Notes: generated by a model from the sequence alone, not told the origin. Numbered from the stretch's first letter, positions 1-9,313 are shown. The stretch is DNA of 64,000 nucleotides from an uncultured Phycisphaerales bacterium (GCA_938084645.1 CALKEP010000005.1:16771-80770), one strand, 5' to 3'. Numbers and translations are program-made.

Positions 1-402
1 GGTCTGCCGCCACTTGCCGATCAGGTCGACCATGTAGGCCGGGATGTGGATCGGCTGGGTCGCATTGACCAGCATCCGCTTGATCGACTGCTTGATCCAC
101 CACGAGGCGTAGGTGCTGAACCTCGCGCCCTGCGCCGGATCGAAGCCTTCGACCGCACGAATGAGGCCGATGTTCCCCTCCTCGATCAGATCGAGGAGTG
201 GAAGCCCGCGATTCGAGTAGTTCTTGCTGATCGCGATCACCAGGCGAAGGTTCGCCTTGATCATCCGATCCTTGGCTTCCGGACAGCTGTCGTTGACGAT
301 CAACCAGCCGAGATCCTTCTCTTCCTGTGCGGAGAGCAGGTCGATGCCGTTGATTTCGCGCAGATACAACTGGAGCTCAGTATGAACAGCGTTTCGAGCC
401 AT
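1..402 (-). CDS. RNA polymerase sigma-70 factor (RpoD/RpoS-like, lacking region 1.1); 5' part only, runs off the window start
   Basis: Not in the ORF track; translated by hand from ATG at 402: [31 protein letters not shown]...[61 protein letters not shown] (regions 1.2 and 2.1-2.4). Purine-rich AGAAGAGGT lies upstream. Confidence 0.95.
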   Translation of the reverse strand, partial: MARNAVHTELQLYLREINGIDLLSAQEEKDLGWLIVNDSCPEAKDRMIKANLRLVIAISKNYSNRGLPLLDLIEEGNIGLIRAVEGFDPAQGARFSTYASWWIKQSIKRMLVNATQPIHIPAYMVDLIGKWRQT

Positions 403-795
403 GATCCCTTTACCTCTTCTTCTTCCGAGCTCACTCCGGGCTCGGAACCTCCTTGCGAATCCCGAGGGGGAGCACCCAGGGGATCGGCCAGCCCTCCCAG
501 ACCAGCCACTTCGATTGTATGAAGCGCGGTCGTCGAAACAAGGGTCGACTTCACAGGTTGGTTCCGAACTGGTGGTGATCTCCTCCCGAGGCCCCGTCGG
601 ATGGTCCGACGAATGCCATTTCTTCTCCCTGAATGGGGTTTCGGTTCGATCGATCACGGATCTTCACGGGAGCAAAATTTTTCGCGACGGATCGGCCCGG
701 TCCGGACGGGAGCATCCGGAAGACTCGGCGCGGGGGGGATGATCGGTACGATCCACAGGGTCGATCCACCCATCCGCAACCCCGTTGGAGGCACC

Positions 796-1491
796 TTGAA
801 GCACGATTTGACCGGACTCATGCGAGATTGGCCCTTCGAGGGCAATCGCCTCCAGGCCAGAATCGTCCCTCTGACGGAGGATCGGGCGGTCCTTCAGGTA
901 CGGGTCGAACTGGGCATTCTCCAGATGGAGATGGACGGTCGTCCCGACGGCGATGAGGATCGGCTCGCGTCGGTGGAGTCACGGGTCGCCGAGGATCCGG
1001 GATTCGAGATCGACGAGACGCTCGCGGGTGAGCTGAGAAGCGAAGCCGTGCAGGTCCATCAGCGATACGTCGCCTTCTCGACGCTCGAAGCGTACGAATT
1101 GGTGGTGCGGGACACGAGTCGGAACCTGAGGGTCTTCGACCTGTGCCGCGATCGAGCGAGCCGGGAGGAGGATCGAATCGTGCTCGAGCAGTTCAGGCCG
1201 CAGGTGATCGCGACCAGGGCCCGGGCGGCGTCACTCGTGGCGATCCGGGACCAGGCGTCGAGCGAGGCGCGGAACATCCTCGACGCGGCGATCATCGACA
1301 TTCGTCGCGGGCTGCCCGAAGGCGCGAAGGCGCCGCCGGAGATCGCGATGCTCGAAGGAATGCGGGACGTGCTTCAACCCCAGCTGCCCTCGAGTCAGCG
1401 AAACGATCTCGAACAGCGACTGCTTGCGGCGATCCAATCCGAGAACTACGAACTCGCCGCGATCCTTCGGGACGAACTTCGACAGATGTGA
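796..1491 (+). CDS. UvrB/UvrC (UVR) motif-containing protein
   Basis: Part of ORF 601..1491. Start moved to TTG 796, which follows a GGAGG RBS. C-terminal LEQRLLAAIQSENYELAAILRDEL is a UVR coiled-coil motif. Confidence 0.8.
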   Translation: MKHDLTGLMRDWPFEGNRLQARIVPLTEDRAVLQVRVELGILQMEMDGRPDGDEDRLASVESRVAEDPGFEIDETLAGELRSEAVQVHQRYVAFSTLEAYELVVRDTSRNLRVFDLCRDRASREEDRIVLEQFRPQVIATRARAASLVAIRDQASSEARNILDAAIIDIRRGLPEGAKAPPEIAMLEGMRDVLQPQLPSSQRNDLEQRLLAAIQSENYELAAILRDELRQM

Positions 1492-1539
1492 GACGTGCGG
1501 GCATCCACCGATGCATCGCGGGTCGACGCGAGCGGCCTC

Positions 1540-1700
1540 GGTCCTGTTTGACGGATCGGCGTTCGACCCGAGAGGTTCGGAGGCGGCCTCCAGCGAGGAG
1601 GTCGAAGCAGGCGATTCCCCGGAGAATCGTCGATGCAGCCCGACGACGCGGGTGGTCGTCTCCGGGCCTCGAAGTCCCGATCGATCCGTCAAACAGGACC
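1540..1700. mobile_element. MITE-like element with perfect 19-bp terminal inverted repeats
   Basis: GGTCCTGTTTGACGGATCG at 1540-1558 and its exact reverse complement CGATCCGTCAAACAGGACC at 1682-1700. CTAG at the right boundary. No coding capacity. Confidence 0.55.
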
Positions 1701-3997
1701 TAGGGCGCTGGGGCCGCGACGAGTCCGCGGAGGCGTTCGAATCGGCGTCGAAACGCCTCCGATCCGTAATCGGGACGCTCGGCCCGCAGCCGATCGATTC
1801 GCGGGCCGATTCGATCGAGGTTTCGGCCGAGCAGGTGGAGCAGTTCAAGTCGCTCGATCTCGCATCGCCACCAGATCGGATCGGCGGGCGTCGTTCCGCG
1901 CACGATCCTGGTCAGGATCCCGATCGCCGCGGCGGCATCCGCGTCGGTGGGTGCGGTGCGCGACGCATCGGATGCGGTGGTGATCCGACCTCCCAGCAGG
2001 ATCGCCTGCAGGGCCAGCGGCTCGGTCGCGTCGGGGTTGTCCTCGAGGATCCGTGCCAGTCGCGCAGTCGCCTCTTCCGGTCGCCCGGCGGCGGCGTCGA
2101 TCCACGCCCATTCCAGAAGCGCGGTGTCGTCGACATCGGACCGCCGCGGGTCTTCGCCCGGCGTCGTTCGGGTCGCGACGGCGAGCACCGCCTCGGCCGC
2201 GGCGCGGGCGACGCGTCGATCGTCCGCATCGAGGGAGGCCACCACCGAGCGGTGCGCCTCTCGCCGCGCCGTCGCGAGCAGGCGACGGGCCAGCGCGGGG
2301 TCGTCGCGCTCGAGCCGCGCAAGCATGCCGGCGGCATCGGCGTCGCGGCCGTCGCGTCGCAGGGCTTCGATCGCGAGGGTCGCGAGGCGTACCCGGGTGC
2401 CCTCGTCAGCCGGCAGCGGCGCGGGGGCGGTCCACCTTGCCGCGATCTTCGCCGCCGAACTGACGCGATCGAGATCGAGCAGGAGTTCGATCCGGACGAG
2501 ATCCGCGTCGACCCGGAGGGGGGCGAGCGGGTCCGCGGGCAGTCGATCGTCGATGGCGTCGAGCCGGCGGAGCAGGAGCTCGGTCTCGACGCCCCGCTCC
2601 CGCAGCTCGCAGATCCGCACCAGCGCCTCCGGCCCACGGGTGGATCGTCGATCGATCGCGTTCCATGCGTCGCGGGCGGCGGCTTCGTCTCCGCGCCGCA
2701 TCGCGCGTTCTCCGGACCGCATGATCCAATCATCGAGGCCGGGATGACGAGGCATCGCGGCGGCGAGTCGACCGATCGTGGTGGCATGGCGTCGATCGTC
2801 GGAATCCGCGTCGGCGAGCCGCGCCGCGAGTTCCGCGGCGCGGAGTCCGCTGGGATGGGCGGGAAGCAGTTCGCACGCGGCGACCAACTGTTCGATCGCC
2901 TCGTCGGCGCGATCCGCTCGGAGGGCCAGGTTGGCGAGTTCGAGACGGGCTTCCACCACGACGTCCTCGTTGTCGGCGTCCAACGCCCGATTCGCGAGAC
3001 GCGTCGCCATCGCGAGGTCGCCGGCCTCGCCGAATTCGATCGCGCGACCAAGGGCGATCAGCGGTGGGGTGCCGCCCGCGTCGTCGCCGCGATCCAGTCC
3101 GCTCGCGATGCCCGCGAGGCCGCGGACGAGTCTGGGTCGGATCCTCGGGTTCTCTTCGGTGGTCCGGAGAAGTTCGACGAGGGCGGTCCGGGTCGCCTCG
3201 GCGATCGGCATCGTCTCGGAGGCGGCCTGGAGCAGGATCGCGGCGAGCAGCAGGCGGTCGGCGTCGCGGCGTCGGATGCGAAGCATGCCGCGAGCGACGG
3301 CGAGCCTGCTCGTCGCGGTCGCGGTGCCGGTCTTCGCGAGTCGATCCAGCCACTCGAATTCGAGTGCATCGACGCCCGCGGGATTCTCGCGCACCCGCGT
3401 CAGGAGGGTCGCGGGGGAACGAGTCGACGCCGACTCCTCCGCGACCAGCGCGAGGAACGCGAGGCCGGCGAGCGTCGGCCCGTCGAGGTCGGTGGTTCGC
3501 TCGGCGGCGTCGCCGAGACCGCGATGCAGGCGCCGCAGTGTCTTCGAGTCGATCCGATCCCGATCGGGGCGGCTCATGATCTCGAGGGTCTCGAGCGTCG
3601 CGGCGAGGCAGATGGCCCGGGCGATGCGGCGATCGCGTCCGGCGCCGGTGGTCGACGCGAGGTCGGATGACGCTTCCTCGACGAGCTTTCCGGCCCGAGC
3701 GAGCGGTGATCGGACGGACTCGGCGAGCTTGGGCGAGAACGGCGTCCAGATCAGGCGGGTTCGAACCCGAGGAGGAATCTCCTCCCGCAGGATCGTCGCC
3801 GCGAGCGTCAGGCGACGATCGGCGCGACGCAGCGGGTCCTCGATCGCCTCGAATTCGAGGCCCGCGCCGGTTTCATCGGTGGCGGTCGCGGCAGGGGTGG
3901 CGACGGGATCGTCCGGGGGTGCGTCGGCCAGGACACCGCTCGCGAACGCCATCGCGAGGATTCCGCCGAGGCGGAGGATGCATCCGGTCGTCCGCAT
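1700..3997 (-). CDS. Large exported alpha-helical (TPR-like) hypothetical protein, ~765 aa
   Basis: Start MRTTGCILRLGGILAMAFASGVLA looks like a signal peptide and overlaps the upstream exbD stop (TGATG). Ala/Leu/Arg helical repeats such as EARLELANLALRADRADEAIEQL. Confidence 0.7.
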   Translation of the reverse strand: MRTTGCILRLGGILAMAFASGVLADAPPDDPVATPAATATDETGAGLEFEAIEDPLRRADRRLTLAATILREEIPPRVRTRLIWTPFSPKLAESVRSPLARAGKLVEEASSDLASTTGAGRDRRIARAICLAATLETLEIMSRPDRDRIDSKTLRRLHRGLGDAAERTTDLDGPTLAGLAFLALVAEESASTRSPATLLTRVRENPAGVDALEFEWLDRLAKTGTATATSRLAVARGMLRIRRRDADRLLLAAILLQAASETMPIAEATRTALVELLRTTEENPRIRPRLVRGLAGIASGLDRGDDAGGTPPLIALGRAIEFGEAGDLAMATRLANRALDADNEDVVVEARLELANLALRADRADEAIEQLVAACELLPAHPSGLRAAELAARLADADSDDRRHATTIGRLAAAMPRHPGLDDWIMRSGERAMRRGDEAAARDAWNAIDRRSTRGPEALVRICELRERGVETELLLRRLDAIDDRLPADPLAPLRVDADLVRIELLLDLDRVSSAAKIAARWTAPAPLPADEGTRVRLATLAIEALRRDGRDADAAGMLARLERDDPALARRLLATARREAHRSVVASLDADDRRVARAAAEAVLAVATRTTPGEDPRRSDVDDTALLEWAWIDAAAGRPEEATARLARILEDNPDATEPLALQAILLGGRITTASDASRTAPTDADAAAAIGILTRIVRGTTPADPIWWRCEIERLELLHLLGRNLDRIGPRIDRLRAERPDYGSEAFRRRFERLRGLVAAPAP

Positions 3998-4473
3998 CAG
4001 GGGGCGTTTCCGCTGGAAGTGTCGATGAACCCGACCGAATCGAATCCGGCGCGGACCGCCGCGTTGAACGCCTCGACCGCCTCGCCCCAGTCGACCCCGG
4101 GAAGCGGGTCCACGTGGATCGGGGTGTTCGCGGGCAGCAGTCCGCCGCGATCCAGTCGGCGTGCTTCCAGAAACGCGGTGAGGGCGTCGACGTGGACCGG
4201 TCCGTCCCACGGTCCATCCACCCTGATCCGACCGGAACCCGCGACCTGCACCACGACCGGGGTGACGTCGAGTTCGAACGGATCGATCTCGATCGATTCC
4301 CCCCGATCCGGGACGTCGAGCCGGAAGGTCTGCTCGCCGACCGCGAAACTCGTTCCGAGCAGGAAGTAGATGAGCAACTGGAACACCACGTCGATCATCG
4401 GGGTGAGGTTGAGTTCGACCCGGGCCTTCTGCGGTCGGCCGGTCGCGGTCGAAGGGCGTCGTCGGTGACTCAC
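3997..4473 (-). CDS. exbD: ExbD/TolR family biopolymer transport protein
   Basis: LNLTPMIDVVFQLLIYFLL TM motif with the essential Asp; C-terminal periplasmic domain. Confidence 0.9.
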   Translation of the reverse strand: MSHRRRPSTATGRPQKARVELNLTPMIDVVFQLLIYFLLGTSFAVGEQTFRLDVPDRGESIEIDPFELDVTPVVVQVAGSGRIRVDGPWDGPVHVDALTAFLEARRLDRGGLLPANTPIHVDPLPGVDWGEAVEAFNAAVRAGFDSVGFIDTSSGNAP

Positions 4474-4967
4474 GCGTCCTCCTCCCGTCCGACGACGGAC
4501 TCGTCGATCACCACGAGATTCACACGGACGCCGTCGACCCGGTCGGTCCCTCGTCCAGACCGTCCGAGGGCGTCGAGGACCGGTGACACCGTCGTGTACG
4601 GAAGTCGCCGATCGGCCCGCAGATTGACCTGCAGATCCGGTGTCTCGAGCAATCGTCTCCGGACCTCCGTCTCGAGGGCCGCGATGCCGGCGACGTCGAG
4701 ATCGAAGTCCCGTTGTTCAAGCGTCGCCCGCCGGCGGTCCGCCCGGTCGTCGTGCACGAGGTTGACCACGATGCGGGGCGCTTCATCCGCGGCGCCCGCC
4801 GCGGGGTCCCGCGGCACGGGAAGCTCCATCGGCACCTGCTCGACCGCGGTGATCCGCGAGACGAGGACGAAGAACACGACCAGCAGGAAGGTCATGTCGA
4901 TCATCGGCGTCAGGTTCGCGCCGGTGCGGACCGGACGGCCCACGTCGAGCTTCGAGACGGCGCTCAC
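4470..4967 (-). CDS. exbD: ExbD/TolR family protein (second copy)
   Basis: GTG 4967 overlaps the exbB stop. NLTPMIDMTFLLVVFFVL and VNLRADRRLPYTTVSPVLDAL motifs. Confidence 0.9.
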   Translation of the reverse strand: MSAVSKLDVGRPVRTGANLTPMIDMTFLLVVFFVLVSRITAVEQVPMELPVPRDPAAGAADEAPRIVVNLVHDDRADRRRATLEQRDFDLDVAGIAALETEVRRRLLETPDLQVNLRADRRLPYTTVSPVLDALGRSGRGTDRVDGVRVNLVVIDESVVGREEDA

Positions 4968-5800
4968 GGTTCCGGCGACTCCGATGCGGAGCGGAGACGG
5001 GCGTCGGATGCCGCATCCCCGGGCCTGAACTTCTCCAGGATCGTCTCGGCCTCCGAGATGGCCTCGGTCAGGCTCGCGTCGAGGCGGCCGCGCAACGCGG
5101 CGTACCCGGCGAGGGCGGGGATCGCGACCACGAGGCCCCAGAACGTCGTGACCAGGGCGGTGCCGATGCCGCCGGCGAGGAGCACCGGATCGGCGTTGCC
5201 GCCGCTCGCGACGATCGACTGGAACGCGAGGATCATGCCGTACACGGTGCCGAAGAGTCCGACCATCGGGCTCACCTGCCCGATCACGTTCAGGATCTCG
5301 ACGTGTCGGGTCCGACGCGCGACGACTTCGGTCGCAGCCTGTTCGAGGCCGCCCTCCATCGACTGGAATCCGGCGGGGGCCCGCTCGAGTCCACCCAGGA
5401 GGATCGTCGAGAAGTCGCTGTCGGCGTCCGGTTCCGACAGCATCGCCATCGTCTCCCGGTATCGACCGGCGTCCACGTACTCCGCGGCGCGATGCATCAC
5501 GACCTCGGGTGCGATGCTCGTTCGTCGGTTCGCCGCGGCGAGCTGGCCGATCAGGCCGATGCTTGCGACGCTGGTGGCCATCAGCAGCCAGATGACGAGG
5601 CTTCCCAGCCACTCCACGCTGCGCACGCCGTTGACATCCACCGCGTGCGAGATGAAGAAGGCCTCCGCGAAACTGTGGGCCGTCCCGTCCCCCTGGGCGG
5701 ACGCGGACGCGGTCGCGGCGAGCAGCGTGAGCATGGTGAGCACGCGGACGCCGTGGATCGGGCGTCGGCGGCGTGGACGTGTGTCATGATTCATGGTCAT
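4964..5800 (-). CDS. exbB: MotA/TolQ/ExbB proton channel protein
   Basis: SPMVGLFGTVYGMILAF and GIGTALVTTFWGLVVAIPA channel motifs. Start taken as ATG 5800 (uncertain). Confidence 0.92.
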   Translation of the reverse strand: MTMNHDTRPRRRRPIHGVRVLTMLTLLAATASASAQGDGTAHSFAEAFFISHAVDVNGVRSVEWLGSLVIWLLMATSVASIGLIGQLAAANRRTSIAPEVVMHRAAEYVDAGRYRETMAMLSEPDADSDFSTILLGGLERAPAGFQSMEGGLEQAATEVVARRTRHVEILNVIGQVSPMVGLFGTVYGMILAFQSIVASGGNADPVLLAGGIGTALVTTFWGLVVAIPALAGYAALRGRLDASLTEAISEAETILEKFRPGDAASDARLRSASESPEP

Positions 5801-5895
5801 TCGATCCTGTTCTTTCCTGTGCATCCGCAAGCCCGCCTCCCGGGAATTCGCCGCAAGTCCGGTCCGGCGCGATCGTCACGTCCGTTCCACGCGAC

Positions 5896-6876
5896 TCAAC
5901 GGCCGAGCCCCAGCGCCGCGCGGTCGATGAAGGCGAAACCGGGTTCACGATCGTCGCCGCCGTGCATCCGGGCGATCTTCCGCAACGTCCCGAGTCGATC
6001 CTCGTCGAGCAGCTGGATGCAGCGGATCACCGTCTTTCGTCGACCATCGGCGTCGGCGGGGTTGAGTTCATCGAGCAGTTCCAGCAACGCGTCGCGGTCG
6101 ATCTCGTAGACGCCCGCGCCCGTGATGTCGGTGCTGACGAGATACACCACTTCGGGATCGACCGCGAAAGCCTCTCGAAGGGCCGCCGCCGGGTCGCTCC
6201 GCCCCTCCGGACGGAGGCTTCGCATCCAGTCCGCGGCTTGGTCGATCGCGGGCGTGGTCGCCGCACGGAGTCGACCGTCGATGGGGAGCGGCGCGGCCAC
6301 GCCCGCCCGGAACAGGACCACCGAGAAGGACTGGCGGGGGACGAGTCTGCGAAGGGTCCGTTCGACCTCGTCGATCACCGCCGGGTACGCGCCGATCATC
6401 GAACCACTGGCGTCGACCACGAAGACGATCCGCCGGGCGGCGGGGGCGCCGACGCCACCGAAGTCGATGCCGGGCAGCGATGCATCGCCTTCGGCTCCGG
6501 CGAGATCGGTGCCATCAAGAAGCAGATCGTCGGCGGCGAAGATGAGATCGGCGATCTCCGCGACCTCGACGGTCTCCGGTCTGGATTCGGTCGGCGTCCG
6601 GGTCGGACGAGACGCCATCGATCGGATCGGATCGGCCGGTTGCAGGGTCGACACCGGTTCGAACGTCCTTGGAGGTGGGGGGGCGAGGATCCGGGAATCA
6701 CCCTCGTCCTCCGACGCGTCGACGACGCTCCAGGTGATCAGGAAGGCGAAGGCGAGGAGCAGGACGTGGGCCGTGATCGAGAGCGACCACGCGAGCGGGG
6801 CTCCGGGCCGCCGCTTTCGTGTTCGCCGCCCATTCGGGTCGAACGACGTTGATGGTTCGTTCCAAGAGTTCGTCAT
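5896..6876 (-). CDS. Membrane-anchored von Willebrand factor A domain protein
   Basis: Basic N-terminus, one TM (LAWSLSITAHVLLLAFAFLITW), Pro/acidic linker, then IVFVVDASGSM (MIDAS DxSxS). Confidence 0.85.
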   Translation of the reverse strand: MTNSWNEPSTSFDPNGRRTRKRRPGAPLAWSLSITAHVLLLAFAFLITWSVVDASEDEGDSRILAPPPPRTFEPVSTLQPADPIRSMASRPTRTPTESRPETVEVAEIADLIFAADDLLLDGTDLAGAEGDASLPGIDFGGVGAPAARRIVFVVDASGSMIGAYPAVIDEVERTLRRLVPRQSFSVVLFRAGVAAPLPIDGRLRAATTPAIDQAADWMRSLRPEGRSDPAAALREAFAVDPEVVYLVSTDITGAGVYEIDRDALLELLDELNPADADGRRKTVIRCIQLLDEDRLGTLRKIARMHGGDDREPGFAFIDRAALGLGR

Positions 6877-6965
6877 GCGAGATTGACCCTACCCCCGGCG
6901 ATCACCCCTCGCCTGCGGTCGGGCGGAAAAGGGGTGAGATCGTCCAACGTCGGCGTGGGACCGCA

Positions 6966-7610
6966 TCAGGGCTCGTGGTCGGCCGCATCGTCGAGCTCGG
7001 GATCATCCTCCTCCGCGGGCCGCGCTGCGCCGCCGAACACCGCGTGGTCGATGCTGAGGCCGCCGGGCCCGGTCAGGACGATTCCGGTCGAGAGGGTGAA
7101 CAACGCGACCTGGGCCGCGGCCTTCGTGAAGGTCGGGACATCGAGGTCGAGCGGGCTGACGGTCTTCAGGACGGGCAGCGTCGTCAGGGCGAAGGCGAAT
7201 CCCATCGCGACGGAGAGCCCGACCGCCCAGATCCGGCTGAAGAACCCGATGAGCAGCAGACCGCCTCCGACCAGTTCGGTGATGGCCGCGAGCCAGGCCT
7301 GGGCCACGGGATAGGGCAGTTCGTGGTCGTGAAGAAGCACGGCGAGGCCGTAGAGGCGCCTCGCCTCGAGCGGCGCCTCCGACTCGGCTCGCGCGGCCTC
7401 CGACGGCGGCGAGAGTTCCTGCCCGAGCGCGGCCGGCTTCGCATCCGCGGTCGACACCCCGGTGAGGGTGCGGATCGTGGCGGCCGCGGGGCCGGAGAAT
7501 TCGGCCTGGTTCATGATCTTCGACCACCCCGCGGGCACGAACACCGCGCAGAGGGTGACCCGGACCAGGAGCGGAAGCAGGTGCAGGGCGGCGACTCGGC
7601 TGAATCCCAT
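6966..7610 (-). CDS. DoxX family membrane protein
   Basis: LLVRVTLCAVFVPAGWSKI, ELVGGGLLLIGFFSR and GPGGLSIDH DoxX motifs. Start ATG 7610. Confidence 0.85.
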   Translation of the reverse strand: MGFSRVAALHLLPLLVRVTLCAVFVPAGWSKIMNQAEFSGPAAATIRTLTGVSTADAKPAALGQELSPPSEAARAESEAPLEARRLYGLAVLLHDHELPYPVAQAWLAAITELVGGGLLLIGFFSRIWAVGLSVAMGFAFALTTLPVLKTVSPLDLDVPTFTKAAAQVALFTLSTGIVLTGPGGLSIDHAVFGGAARPAEEDDPELDDAADHEP

Positions 7611-7696
7611 CGGGGCGTCCTCCGTCGCGATTTCGCATGCGACCGGCGGCTCGAGACCGTCGTCGCGGTCCGAACACTCATACGATACGTTCCCAC

Positions 7697-7780
7697 GCGG
7701 GCGTGGCGAAACTGGCAGACGCGCGGGATTTAGGTTCCCGTGGGGTAAGACCCGTGCAGGTTCGAGTCCTGTCGCCCGCA
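7697..7780 (+). tRNA. tRNA-Leu (anticodon TAG), CCA not encoded
   Basis: GCGGGCG...CGCCCGC-A acceptor stem, TGGC D-loop, CGGGA-TTTAGGT-TCCCG anticodon arm, long variable arm, GGTTCGAGTCC T-loop. Confidence 0.97.
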
Positions 7781-7808
7781 TTCGCCCCGATTTCACGGAT
7801 TGGCCCCC

Positions 7809-9215
7809 ATGTCGACGTCCGATCAAAATCACCCCGATTCCCGAGCCGAGCGGGACTGGTCACCTTCCGACTGGCGGGCCAGGCCGACGTCGCAGCAGCC
7901 GGTCTACGAGGAACCCGAGGCGCTGGCGAAGGCGGTCGCGAGCCTCCGAAGTCTGCCCCCGCTGGTCACCAGCTGGGAGATCGATCGACTGAGGCGGCAG
8001 GTCGCGGAAGCCGTCGAGGGGCGGCGCTTCCTGCTCCAGGGCGGGGATTGTGCGGAGCGATTCGACGAATGCGGTTCCGAACCGATCGCGGCCCGATTGA
8101 AGATCCTGCTCCAGATGAGTCTGGTGCTCGCGCATGGCGGCCGGCGTCGGGTGATCCGGGTGGGCCGGTTTGCGGGTCAGTACGCGAAGCCACGATCCGC
8201 ATCCGCGGAGATCCGGGACGGTGTGGAACTCCCGACCTACCGAGGCGACAACGTGAATGCCCCGGCGTTCAACGCGGCGGATCGCGCCGCCGATCCCGAT
8301 CGCCTGGTCGAAGGGCACGCTCGATCGGCGCTCACGCTGAACTTCATTCGCGCCCTCATCGACGGCGGCTTCGCCGATCTCCATCACCCCGAATACTGGG
8401 ATCTCGACTTCGCGAGCCATTCACCCCGGGGCGGTGAGTACCAGGCGATGGTCGAGTCGATCGGCGAGGCGCTGCGTTTCATGGAGTCGCTGGCCGGGAA
8501 GCAGGTGGGGGAGATGTCGCAGGTCGACTTCTTCAGCAGTCACGAGGCGTTGCTGCTCGAGTACGAGGAAGCGCTGACCCGGCAGGTGCCGCACCGTCCG
8601 GGCTGGTGGAATCTCGCCACGCACTTCCCCTGGATCGGACTGCGGACGGCGGATCCGGATGGTGGGCACGTCACCTACTGCAGCGGCATTCAGAATCCCA
8701 TCGGCGTGAAGGTCGGCCCCGGGATGTCCGTCGAGCAGCTGGTGGCATTGGTCGACCGGCTCGATCCGGACCGGGAGGTCGGACGACTCACGTTGATCCA
8801 CCGATTCGGACGCGCCGGCATCGATGCCGGGTTGCCGGCGATGATCGACGCGGTCGCCCGGACCGGCAGCCGCCCCCTCTGGGTCTGCGATCCGATGCAC
8901 GGCAACACGAGAACGGTGGTCCCGGAGTCGGGGCCGCTCGCAGGTGAGACCGTGAAGACGCGTTCCTTCGAGGACATTCTCGACGAGCTCGAACAGGCCT
9001 TCGAGATCCACGCCGCCTGCGGTTCGGCGCTCGGCGGGGTTCACTTCGAACTGACCGGTGAGAACGTGGTGGAGTGCACCGGTGGCGCGCGGGGGCTGGT
9101 CGATGCCGATCTCGGCCGTGAGTACCGCTCCCAGGTCGATCCCCGACTGAACTACGAGCAGTCGCTGGAGATGGCGATGCGCATCGCACGGCGGATGCGA
9201 GCCACGTCCGAGTAG
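7809..9215 (+). CDS. Class II DAHP synthase (3-deoxy-7-phosphoheptulonate synthase)
   Basis: LLQGGDCAE, GRFAGQYAKPRS, YRGDNVN, CDPMHGNT, GGVHFELTGENVVEC and DPRLN motifs. Confidence 0.97.
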   Translation: MSTSDQNHPDSRAERDWSPSDWRARPTSQQPVYEEPEALAKAVASLRSLPPLVTSWEIDRLRRQVAEAVEGRRFLLQGGDCAERFDECGSEPIAARLKILLQMSLVLAHGGRRRVIRVGRFAGQYAKPRSASAEIRDGVELPTYRGDNVNAPAFNAADRAADPDRLVEGHARSALTLNFIRALIDGGFADLHHPEYWDLDFASHSPRGGEYQAMVESIGEALRFMESLAGKQVGEMSQVDFFSSHEALLLEYEEALTRQVPHRPGWWNLATHFPWIGLRTADPDGGHVTYCSGIQNPIGVKVGPGMSVEQLVALVDRLDPDREVGRLTLIHRFGRAGIDAGLPAMIDAVARTGSRPLWVCDPMHGNTRTVVPESGPLAGETVKTRSFEDILDELEQAFEIHAACGSALGGVHFELTGENVVECTGGARGLVDADLGREYRSQVDPRLNYEQSLEMAMRIARRMRATSE

Positions 9216-9298
9216 ACGGTCCGGGACGACGGGATCGAGGTTTCCCGGGACGATCTCGTCCACGAACCGGGTGGGCGGAGGGTGTCCCCGGGTTCGGA

Positions 9299-9304
9299 TA
9301 CACT
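9299..9304 (+). promoter_or_regulatory. Putative -10 box TACACT, 9 nt before the ATG at 9314
   Basis: Matches TAnnnT; the same hexamer class recurs before many starts in this window. Confidence 0.5.
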
Positions 9305-9313
9305 CCCGAGCCC

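Noticed and set aside
46..522. 158-aa plus-strand ORF
   Set aside because: Antisense shadow of the sigma factor on the minus strand.
1424..3670. 748-aa plus-strand ORF
   Set aside because: Shadow of the minus-strand TPR-like gene, which is coupled to the exbBD operon.
7697..7810. tRNA-Leu as an integration site for an island
   Set aside because: No integrase, no duplicated tRNA 3' end noticed, and housekeeping genes on both sides.
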